A stretch of 64,000 nt of DNA, taken from contig DAOSJI010000001.1 in assembly GCA_035367155.1 (NCBI GenBank), positions 85,621 to 149,620 on the forward strand, written 5' to 3'. The notes below the pieces were generated by a model. That model did not search any database. It saw only the letters and a list, made by a program, of their open reading frames with translations, and was not told the origin of the DNA. The translations under genes and the position numbers were made by a program. This DNA comes from Bacilli bacterium (GTDB lineage: Bacteria > Bacillota_I > Bacilli_A > RFN20 > CAG-826). Of the stretch, positions 39,474 through 47,499 are shown in pieces (within the stretch, counting starts at the first letter, position 1; each line of letters opens with the position of its first letter).

Positions 39474-39502
39474 ATTTATTCCTTCTTTATTATTATAAAG
39501 AA

Positions 39503-39511
39503 ATTGTACCA
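39503..39511 (-). promoter_or_regulatory. extended -10 promoter for the asp23 operon
   Basis: TGgTACAAT on the - strand, about 30 nt upstream of the ATG at 39473. Confidence 0.45.
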
Positions 39512-39520
39512 CATTTACAA

Positions 39521-39553
39521 TAAACAAAAACCGTTTTGGACTCAAAACGGCTT
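39521..39553 (-). terminator. intrinsic terminator after tkt
   Basis: Stem ccgtttt/aaaacgg with a 6-nt loop, then a T-run on the - strand. Confidence 0.7.
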
Positions 39554-39573
39554 GTTGTTAAGTTAAGAATAAT

Positions 39574-41739
39574 TTATTCCTTAACTTCGACTTCTTTTTT
39601 ATCTTCTTCTACAGCTTCTTTCGCTATTTCTTCTTTAACTTCTTTCTCTACTTCTTCCTTAACTATTTCCTTAGTTTCCTTCTCAGCTTCTTCCTTAACT
39701 ACTTCGTTAGTTTCCTTTTTAGCTTCTTCCTTAACGTCTTTTTTTACTTCTTTCTTAACTCCAAGAATTTCCCTAACTTTATTAGCTAGGGCTTCAGGTG
39801 TATATTCTAAAGATTCTAAAACATCTTTCATTGGGGCACTTAAACCAAAACGATTGATTGTAAAGGTATGTTTTGCAAATTCATGCCAGCCAAATGGAGA
39901 AAGTAGTTCAATAGCTATTCGTTTATTATAATCTTTGCCTAAAACTTCATTAATATAGTCTTCATCTTGAGTTTTAAATACTTCCATACTTGGAAGAGAA
40001 ACAACTCGAACATCAATCTTATCTTTAAGAAGTTCTTCTTTAGCTTTTAAGGCAAGACTAACTTCGCTTCCTGTTGCAATAAGGGTAAAATCTAGTTTTT
40101 TAACTTCTTTACTAATAACATAGCCACCTTTACTTGCATCATTATAATTTGAACCAACTAAAGTTGGTAAGTTTTGACGGCTCAATATTAGTGCTGTAGG
40201 TGTTTTCTTACTTAGAATCGCTTGTTTCCATGCTGTAGCAGTTTCTCTAGCATCTGCTGGACGCCAGACATTTACATTAGGTATTGCTCGAAGCATCGCA
40301 AGTTGTTCAATTGGTTGATGTGTAGGTCCATCTTCACCAAGAGCGACAGTGTCATGACTAAATAAATAAATAGCAGGAACTTTTGAAAGAGCAGCAACGC
40401 GAATTGCATTTTTCATATAATCACTAAATACGAGGAATGTACCTACATATGTTCTAAGTCCGCCGTGAAGTAGCATACCGTTTTGGATTGCAGCCATTGC
40501 AGCTTCTCGAATACCAAAGTTAATATTTCGTCCACCGCGATTTTCTGGAGTAAAATCAGTCCCGCTAAGTCCGCTGATTTTGGTCATTACTGAACTAGCA
40601 ACGTCTGCTGATCCTCCCATAAGAAAGGGAACTTCGTTATGAACCATATTTAAAATTGTGCCACTTGTTTTTCTTGTTGATTCATTAAATCCATCCGTAT
40701 ATTCAGGAATTTCATCAAAAATAAGCTCGTGACTATTATCAGAAAATGCGGCCATAAATGCTTTATAAGCGCGGTTATTACTATTTTCTAGATTAGCAAT
40801 CTTATCATCCCAATCTTTTTGAGCCCTTTTAGCACGTTCGCCAAATGTCGAGGCAAACTCGCTATAAACTTCATTAGGAATTTCAAAAGGAGCATAGGGA
40901 TAATTATATGTACCTTTTGCATATGAACCATCATCTTGACCAAGTGGGCTACCGTGTACTGCACTTGTGCCAGCTTTTCTTGAACCTTGGCCAATAATAG
41001 TTGAAACAATAATTAGCGTTGGTTTTTGTTTTGAGCGACGTGCTCTAGCAATTTTACGCGTTAAATCTTTTACATTATTGCCGTTTTTAACGACTAAAAC
41101 ATTCCATCCACTTGCTTGAAAACGTTTTTTAACATCTTCGCTAAAAGATAAATCAAGAGGTCCATCAAGAGTGACTTTGTTAGCATCATAGAAAACGATT
41201 AACCTTTTTAGTTTTTGATGACCTGCAAAAGAAATTGCTTCTTGTGAGATACCTTCTTGAAGACAACCATCACCAACTAAACAATATGTATAATGCCCAA
41301 AAAATGGCACTTCAGGATGTTGAGCTCGAATTGCCTCTTCTGCTAGAGCCATCCCAACAGCTTGGGCTAAACCTTGACCAAGTGGGCCAGTTGTTGCATC
41401 AACGCCAGGAGTATCAGTTACTTCTGGGTGACCAGGAGTAATTGAATTTAATTGACGGAATGCTTTTAAGTCATCCATCGTGATATTATAGCCTGCAAGA
41501 TGAAGTGTCGAATAAAGTAGAGCACTTGCATGACCAGCACTTAAAACAAAACGATCGCGATTAACCCAGTCTGGTTTTTCAGGATTAGCAACAAGATATT
41601 TTGTAAAAAGTGTGTATAGAATCGGCGCACTTCCAATCGCCATTCCAGGGTGACCACTGTTAGCTTTGTTTGTTACATCAATAACAAGAGCACGTATTGC
41701 ATTAACTGAAAGTGGTGCTTGTAAAATTGGTTTTGACAT
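39574..41739 (-). CDS. tkt: transketolase with a ~59-aa Lys/Glu-rich C-terminal extension
   Basis: Typical Tkt (SGHPG, GDGCLQEG, the PTHQPIEQL region). The core ends near residue 662 and a KE-rich tail follows. Confidence 0.95.
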   Translation of the reverse strand: MSKPILQAPLSVNAIRALVIDVTNKANSGHPGMAIGSAPILYTLFTKYLVANPEKPDWVNRDRFVLSAGHASALLYSTLHLAGYNITMDDLKAFRQLNSITPGHPEVTDTPGVDATTGPLGQGLAQAVGMALAEEAIRAQHPEVPFFGHYTYCLVGDGCLQEGISQEAISFAGHQKLKRLIVFYDANKVTLDGPLDLSFSEDVKKRFQASGWNVLVVKNGNNVKDLTRKIARARRSKQKPTLIIVSTIIGQGSRKAGTSAVHGSPLGQDDGSYAKGTYNYPYAPFEIPNEVYSEFASTFGERAKRAQKDWDDKIANLENSNNRAYKAFMAAFSDNSHELIFDEIPEYTDGFNESTRKTSGTILNMVHNEVPFLMGGSADVASSVMTKISGLSGTDFTPENRGGRNINFGIREAAMAAIQNGMLLHGGLRTYVGTFLVFSDYMKNAIRVAALSKVPAIYLFSHDTVALGEDGPTHQPIEQLAMLRAIPNVNVWRPADARETATAWKQAILSKKTPTALILSRQNLPTLVGSNYNDASKGGYVISKEVKKLDFTLIATGSEVSLALKAKEELLKDKIDVRVVSLPSMEVFKTQDEDYINEVLGKDYNKRIAIELLSPFGWHEFAKHTFTINRFGLSAPMKDVLESLEYTPEALANKVREILGVKKEVKKDVKEEAKKETNEVVKEEAEKETKEIVKEEVEKEVKEEIAKEAVEEDKKEVEVKE
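39651..39736 (-). repeat. 36-bp tandem repeat (about 2.4 copies) inside the tkt tail
   Basis: cttcttccttaacta recurs at 39651 and 39687, and cttcttccttaac at 39723. It encodes a roughly 12-aa KE-rich repeat. Confidence 0.75.
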
Positions 41740-41766
41740 ATCTATTCCTCCTTTAGATGTATGTTT

Positions 41767-43500
41767 TTATTCTTTAATCTTGATGTGTAATTCATCAAGT
41801 TGTTCTTTAGTTACTGGTCCTGGTTCTTCACTCATTGGACAAACTGCTGCAACATTTTTAGGGAAAGCAATAACATCGCGAATGTTATCAGTACCGCTAA
41901 TAATCATCGTTAAGCGATCAAGACCAAAAGCAATTCCTCCATGAGGTGGGGTACCATATTTTAGTGCTTCAATAAAATAGCCGAATGTATTAGCGATTTC
42001 TTCTTCGCTCATACCAAGAATATTAAAGATTTTTGCTTGTAAATCTTGATCATAAATTCTCATTGAGCCACCGCCAGCTTCATTACCGTTAATAACAATG
42101 TCATAAGCTTGCGATAGAACCTTTTCTGGTTCAGTGTCCAATAGATGAAGATGTTCATCAAGAGGCATCGTAAATTGATGGTGTTCGCTAACAAATTTAC
42201 CTGTTTCGCTATCTTTACTAAATAGAGGGAAGCGATAAACCCATAAAAGATCAAATGTTCCAGGCTCAATTAGATTAAGTTGCTTGGCAAAATGGAGTCT
42301 AATTGCACCTAAAGCTGTTAAAACATCTCGTTTTACGTTGCTAAAAGCAACGATAAGAAGATCATCTTCTTTTAAGTTAAGTAACTTAACGAGATCGCTT
42401 TTTTCCTTATCTGTTAATAGTTTTGCAAGTGAGCCACTAAAGTCACCATCATTAAATTTAAGATTTCCAACACTACGGATGTTGTATTTTTGTGAAATTA
42501 AGTTTAGTTCATCAAGAGCTTTTCTTGAGGTAGCTTTTGCTACACCTGGAACAACAATCGTATTAATAAAAGCATGATCTTTAAATAAATTAGCACTTGA
42601 TGAGGCTAAAACGGACTTAATATCACGAATTTTAAGTTCAAATCTTGTATCTGGTTTATCTGAACCATAATTTTCCATTGCATCTTTATAAGAAAGGCGT
42701 CTAAGTGGAAGTTTCACTTCATATGATGCTACTTTCTTAAAGATATGATGGAGTAGTCCTTCCATTATATCTAGGAATTCATCCATTGTTAGAAAACTTG
42801 CTTCAATATCAATTTGTGTAAAATCTGGTTGACGGTCAGCCCGTAAATCCTCATCACGGAAACAGCGGGCAATTTGATAATAACGTTCAAAACCAGCAAT
42901 CATTAAAAGTTGTTTGTATGTTTGAGGGCTTTGCGGTAGAGCATAAAATGATCCTTTATGTAGTCTTGAAGGAACTAAAAAATCACGAGCACCGCCTGGT
43001 GTTGATTTAGTTAAAATTGGTGTTTCAATTTCTAAAAAATCAAGATTATCTAAATATTCCCTCGTAGCTTTTGTAATTGCTGCTCTTGTACGCATATGTT
43101 TTTGCATGTTTGGCCGTCTTAAGTCTAAATAACGATATTTTAAGCGGACTTCTTCAAGAGCGTCGGTAGTTTCTGCAATGATTAGAGGTGGAGTTTTAGC
43201 TCTACTTAAAACTACTACTTTTTCACCTTTAATTTCTACTTCTCCAGTAGCAAGTAAGGGGTTAGCTACATCTTTTTTACTAACAACACCTTCAACTTGA
43301 ATTACATATTCATTACGAATATCAGGTACTTCAATTTCTTCACTTGCTAAGATAACTTGGATAATCCCAGTTTTATCACGTAAATCGATAAAAACTAGCG
43401 AACCTAAGTTCCTTTTTTTACTTACCCATCCGACAACTTTAACATGTTTTCCAACATCTTTAACGCGGAGAGTACCATTATATATTGAGCGATATTCCAT
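41767..43500 (-). CDS. aspS: aspartate--tRNA ligase
   Basis: Class IIb aaRS, 577 aa (FRDEDLRADRQPEF-like motif 2, GGIAFGLDR motif 3). Confidence 0.95.
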   Translation of the reverse strand: MEYRSIYNGTLRVKDVGKHVKVVGWVSKKRNLGSLVFIDLRDKTGIIQVILASEEIEVPDIRNEYVIQVEGVVSKKDVANPLLATGEVEIKGEKVVVLSRAKTPPLIIAETTDALEEVRLKYRYLDLRRPNMQKHMRTRAAITKATREYLDNLDFLEIETPILTKSTPGGARDFLVPSRLHKGSFYALPQSPQTYKQLLMIAGFERYYQIARCFRDEDLRADRQPDFTQIDIEASFLTMDEFLDIMEGLLHHIFKKVASYEVKLPLRRLSYKDAMENYGSDKPDTRFELKIRDIKSVLASSSANLFKDHAFINTIVVPGVAKATSRKALDELNLISQKYNIRSVGNLKFNDGDFSGSLAKLLTDKEKSDLVKLLNLKEDDLLIVAFSNVKRDVLTALGAIRLHFAKQLNLIEPGTFDLLWVYRFPLFSKDSETGKFVSEHHQFTMPLDEHLHLLDTEPEKVLSQAYDIVINGNEAGGGSMRIYDQDLQAKIFNILGMSEEEIANTFGYFIEALKYGTPPHGGIAFGLDRLTMIISGTDNIRDVIAFPKNVAAVCPMSEEPGPVTKEQLDELHIKIKE

Positions 43501-44813
43501 TAGTTTAACTCCGTTTCTTCTTCATCTTTTGCTTTTTCATATTGAGCATTAAAAATATTGTCAACTGTCATAAAAACTTCATTTACTGGTACTTCAATTT
43601 GTTCTTCAGTTTCAAGATTTTTAATACCAACGACTCCTTTACTCATTTCATTTTCGCCTAGAATTACAGCGACTAGTGCATTATCTTTAGCAGCTTTTTT
43701 AAAGAGTCGTTTAAATGATTTATCTTCATAATTAATATCAGTTCTATAACCGCCACTTCTAAAAACATTAGCAATTAAAAAGGCAAAATCACGAGCCTTT
43801 TCGCCACTTGTAATAATAGAAATGTCGATTTTATATGGATTATCTTGAATAAGTTCTTCATCTTTTAAAACATTAAAGATACGGTCAATACCTAAAGCAA
43901 AGCCAACTCCTTCAAGCTCAGGACCATCGAGTTCTTTTACGAGCCTATCATAGTGACCGCCTCCGCCTAGAGCACCGTAGTCTAAACCAGATTCAGATTC
44001 GTAAGCATATTCAAAAATGGTTCCGCTGTAATAATCTAGTCCGCGAACTAGTTGTTCCTCTATTACAAAGGGAATTTCGTGTTGCTTTAGTAATTCAAGC
44101 ACTTTTTCAAAGTGATTTTTAGCATGTTCACTTAAATAATCATTTATACTTGGTGCTTTTTTGGCGATTTCTTGATCGCTTGGTACTTTACAATCCAAAA
44201 TTCTAAGTGGATTAGTTTCGTAGCGATTTTTACAATCTGGACACATGTTTTTTAGATGTGAAGCAAAGTAATCTTTTAATGCGATGCGATATTTTTCTCT
44301 CGTTTCATTATCACCTAAATTGTTGATTTTAAGTGTTAATTTATCAAATCCCATTGCTTGAAGTAGTTTATAACCTAAGATAATAACTTCAACATCTTCA
44401 TATGGAGTTGTTACACCAATTGATTCAACACCAAATTGATTAAATTGGCGATAGCGGCCAAGTTGAGGCCTTTCATATCTAAACATTGGCCCCAAATAGC
44501 TGATTTTAAGTGGTAAATCGTGTGTTGCATAGAGTTTATTGCTAATAACACTACGAACAATACCTGCTGTTCCTTCTGGTCTTAGGGTCATTGAACGTTT
44601 ACCCTTATCGGTAAATGTATACATTTCTTTTGTTACGATATCGGTTGTATCACCAACACCTCTAGCAAATAATTCAGTAGATTCAAAAATTGGTGTTCGT
44701 AAGGGACGAAAACCGTAACAAGTTGCAAAAGCACCACATAGCATCTCTATTTCTTCAAATAGACGAGCTTCATCAAATATAATGTCATGTGTTCCTTTTG
44801 GGCTATTAATCAT
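43500..44813 (-). CDS. hisS: histidine--tRNA ligase
   Basis: Class IIa aaRS (MFRYERPQ, GGGHYD, GFALGIDR). Confidence 0.95.
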   Translation of the reverse strand: MINSPKGTHDIIFDEARLFEEIEMLCGAFATCYGFRPLRTPIFESTELFARGVGDTTDIVTKEMYTFTDKGKRSMTLRPEGTAGIVRSVISNKLYATHDLPLKISYLGPMFRYERPQLGRYRQFNQFGVESIGVTTPYEDVEVIILGYKLLQAMGFDKLTLKINNLGDNETREKYRIALKDYFASHLKNMCPDCKNRYETNPLRILDCKVPSDQEIAKKAPSINDYLSEHAKNHFEKVLELLKQHEIPFVIEEQLVRGLDYYSGTIFEYAYESESGLDYGALGGGGHYDRLVKELDGPELEGVGFALGIDRIFNVLKDEELIQDNPYKIDISIITSGEKARDFAFLIANVFRSGGYRTDINYEDKSFKRLFKKAAKDNALVAVILGENEMSKGVVGIKNLETEEQIEVPVNEVFMTVDNIFNAQYEKAKDEEETELN

Positions 44814-44828
44814 CTTTTTCCTCCTTGA

Positions 44829-45019
44829 TTTAAAGTAGTTTTTAAGGACGACGTTAGCCGCGGTACCACCTTAATTCGTAATTTATACGCACTTTATAAC
44901 TTTTTCGCAGTTAACGATTAATAATGCCTCCCTAGTGTCTAAAATAATTTACCACTTAGGTCTTTTCATCATCCAGACCCTTTCTAAAAAGTAAATAAAT
45001 GATTTCTAGTTCCTCGGCT
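44829..45019 (-). promoter_or_regulatory. T-box leader RNA controlling hisS-aspS
   Basis: The - strand carries AAUUAAGGUGGUACCGCGG (plus 44858-44872 is the rc of the T-box core), an AGAAAG bulge, the hairpin GGUCU...AGACC and a GUGGUA distal-loop motif. The candidate specifier GACAC lies at plus 44935-44939. Confidence 0.8.
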
Positions 45020-45025
45020 AATATG

Positions 45026-45054
45026 ATTATAGACTTTTATGTCTATAATAGCAA
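45026..45054 (-). promoter_or_regulatory. sigma-A type promoter of the hisS T-box leader
   Basis: On the - strand: TTGCTA (45054-45049), 17 nt, TATAAT (45031-45026). Confidence 0.65.
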
Positions 45055-45084
45055 TTATGAGGAGAGAAACTTTTTTCAATTTTA

Positions 45085-45124
45085 AAAAATTAAAAAAAGT
45101 AGCCTAATTTATAAACTACTTTTT
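45085..45124 (-). terminator. probable weak intrinsic terminator after relA
   Basis: The - strand reads aaaaaguag-13 nt-cuacuuuuu followed by uuaauuuuuu. Its 5' arm is the last AGTAGTT unit of the array. Confidence 0.4.
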
Positions 45125-45164
45125 ATTTACTATAAATCAACTTAATAACTACTAATTAATTACT
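45114..45164 (-). repeat. 11-nt phased AGTA array (5 units in strict register)
   Basis: The - strand reads AGTAATTAATT AGTAGTTATTA AGTTGATTTAT AGTAAATAAAA AGTAGTT. It starts 13 nt after the relA stop. Confidence 0.7.
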
Positions 45165-45176
45165 TTATCGCTAATT

Positions 45177-47402
45177 TTAGTTTAAAACTCGTGAAATGTT
45201 ATAAACAGACTTAACATTTAGTATCACGGCAAAGATGTTGTTTAACTGTTCTAAGTTGGTAACTAAAATTGTTGCATTAATTGTAGTAGTTCTTGTCGTA
45301 GGATGATAGTTAGCCTTAATTGAAGATAAAGATATCTTATGTTGGAAGAAACTATTCATAATATCGACTAGTAATTGATCGCGGTCTGTTGCTTTTATTT
45401 GAATATCAACTGGATAAATATTATCTGGAGCATAAGGATTCCAAGTCACTTCAGTTAATCGTGCTTTACTTTCTTTAATATTAGGACAATCAACTCGATG
45501 AACTGTTATACCTTTACCTCGTGTAATATAGCCAACTATTTCATCACCTGGAATTGGTGTACAGCAATTACCAAGAGTAACTGCAACACTACCTGCACCA
45601 GCAACTAAGACAGGATTCTTATTATCGCTTGTTAAACGATCTTTATCTTTTAAAAGCCGTGTACGATCAACTTTTCGCTCGATTTTTAAGAAATCACATA
45701 TTTGACCAGGGTTAACATTTTTATTACATACTAAAATAAGTAGGTCATCAAAGGAATCGACATTAAAATGTTTTAATACTGCAGGAGTATTAACCTTTTC
45801 AATCATTTCTTGTTCATTAAAACCACGTTCTTTAAAACCATCAACTAATGATTGATGACCTTTAGCAATCTTATTATCTCGCATAAGTTCAGCGTTTTTC
45901 CGTTGCAAGAATTTACGGATATTTGATTTTGCATTATTTGTAACTACAAGATTGAGCCATCCTTCATTAGGACCTAATGAGTTTTTACTAGTTCTGATTT
46001 CAACAATATCACCAGTTTTAAGCTGTGTTGAAAGGGGAACTAGGTTATTATTAACTAATGCACCTACACAAGAATCACCTACTCCTGTATGAATTTTATA
46101 GGCAAAATCTAGAGGTGTTGCACCTTGGGGTAATTCGATTACTTTACCCTTTGGAGTAAAGCAATAAACGGATGTTTCAAAAATTTCTTTAGTTAAGGTA
46201 TCAACATATTCTTTAGCATCCCCACTTAAATCGCGTGAAACACCAACAAAATCACGGAACCAATGAAGTTTCTCTTCGATTTCAAGTTGTTCTCTTTCTG
46301 GGTTGTAATTAGTACCTTCTTTATAGGCCCAGTGAGCCGCTACCCCGCCTTCAGCGATTTTATCCATTTCTTCAGTTCTTATTTGAACTTCAAGAGAATC
46401 ACCCGCACCAGAAAAGATTGTTGTATGTAAACTTTGATACATATTTGATTTAGGGACAGCGATATAATCTTTAAAGCGACCAGGAACTGGTCGATAAGTC
46501 GCGTGAATTATACCTAATATTTCATAGCAGTTCAATTCAGTTTTTGTAATAATTCGAAGGGCCATAATATCGTAGATATGGTCGAATTCGTAATTTTTTT
46601 GTTGCATTTTCTTATAAATTGAGAAAATTGATTTAACGCGAAACTTCATATCAAAGGGAATATTATTTTGGAAAATAATATCCGCAATTCGCTTTGTGAC
46701 ATCCATTAATGATTTTTGAAGATTACCAGATCGCGTTTGAAGTAATTCAATTATTTCATGATAACCATCAGGATCAATATATTTTAAGGCGAGATCTTCC
46801 ATCTCGCTTTTAATGCTATTCATCCCTAAGCGAGATGCAATTGGTGCAAAAACTTCCATTGTTTCTTTTGCTATAACAAGTTGTCGTTCAGTAGATAAAT
46901 AATCAAGTGTCCTCATATTATGGAGACGGTCGGCAAGTTTAATAATAATTACGCGAATGTCTTTAGCCATTCCAAGGAATATTTTGCGGTGATCTTCATA
47001 AACAAAGTCACTATCATCGATTCTACGGCTTAATTTTAAGCGTTGAATCTTAGTTAAGGAATCAACGATGGTCGCAACATCATCGCCCCAGCGAGCTTTA
47101 ATTTCGCTTATTTTAACATCTGTATCTTCTACTACATCATGAAGAAGAGCAGCAATAATTGTACTAGGACCGGCTTGAAGTTCGCTTACAATATAGGCAA
47201 CCTCAATAAGATGATAAATATAATCTTCGCCTGATTTTCGCTTTTGCCCTCCGTGATGAAGTTTAGCAAACTCATAGGCTTCTTCAATTCTTTTGCGGTC
47301 TTCCTTATTTTTAATATATTGAAAAAACACTTCTTGAAGTTCTTCAAAAGAGTGAAGGACAACTGGTGATTTACTTTGTTTTGTTTCGCTAGTTTTACTC
47401 AT
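45177..47402 (-). CDS. relA: bifunctional (p)ppGpp synthetase/hydrolase
   Basis: HD hydrolase (HDVVEDT), synthetase, TGS and ACT regions. 741 aa. Confidence 0.95.
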   Translation of the reverse strand: MSKTSETKQSKSPVVLHSFEELQEVFFQYIKNKEDRKRIEEAYEFAKLHHGGQKRKSGEDYIYHLIEVAYIVSELQAGPSTIIAALLHDVVEDTDVKISEIKARWGDDVATIVDSLTKIQRLKLSRRIDDSDFVYEDHRKIFLGMAKDIRVIIIKLADRLHNMRTLDYLSTERQLVIAKETMEVFAPIASRLGMNSIKSEMEDLALKYIDPDGYHEIIELLQTRSGNLQKSLMDVTKRIADIIFQNNIPFDMKFRVKSIFSIYKKMQQKNYEFDHIYDIMALRIITKTELNCYEILGIIHATYRPVPGRFKDYIAVPKSNMYQSLHTTIFSGAGDSLEVQIRTEEMDKIAEGGVAAHWAYKEGTNYNPEREQLEIEEKLHWFRDFVGVSRDLSGDAKEYVDTLTKEIFETSVYCFTPKGKVIELPQGATPLDFAYKIHTGVGDSCVGALVNNNLVPLSTQLKTGDIVEIRTSKNSLGPNEGWLNLVVTNNAKSNIRKFLQRKNAELMRDNKIAKGHQSLVDGFKERGFNEQEMIEKVNTPAVLKHFNVDSFDDLLILVCNKNVNPGQICDFLKIERKVDRTRLLKDKDRLTSDNKNPVLVAGAGSVAVTLGNCCTPIPGDEIVGYITRGKGITVHRVDCPNIKESKARLTEVTWNPYAPDNIYPVDIQIKATDRDQLLVDIMNSFFQHKISLSSIKANYHPTTRTTTINATILVTNLEQLNNIFAVILNVKSVYNISRVLN

Positions 47403-47446
47403 TATAAATACCTATTTTAAGTATATCAAATTATACATAATTTGTA

Positions 47447-47479
47447 TAAAAAAAGAGCCTTTCGAGAAGAAAGGCTCTA
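47447..47479 (-). terminator. intrinsic terminator after the lipoprotein gene
   Basis: 9-bp stem agagccttt/aaaggctct followed by six T on the - strand. Confidence 0.8.
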
Positions 47480-47499
47480 GTTTTAAGAGTTAATAATTA

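Noticed and set aside
39474-39545. Longer N-terminus for the Asp23-family gene (track start at 39545).
   Set aside because: The extension would be translated from the tkt terminator hairpin and the promoter region. An internal ATG at 39473 has a good SD and matches the usual start of the Asp23 domain.
39536-39931. 131-aa Ser/Thr/Leu-rich ORF (SSLTSF repeats) on the + strand.
   Set aside because: It is the antisense reading of the KE-repeat tail of tkt, so it is a mirror artefact of that repeat.
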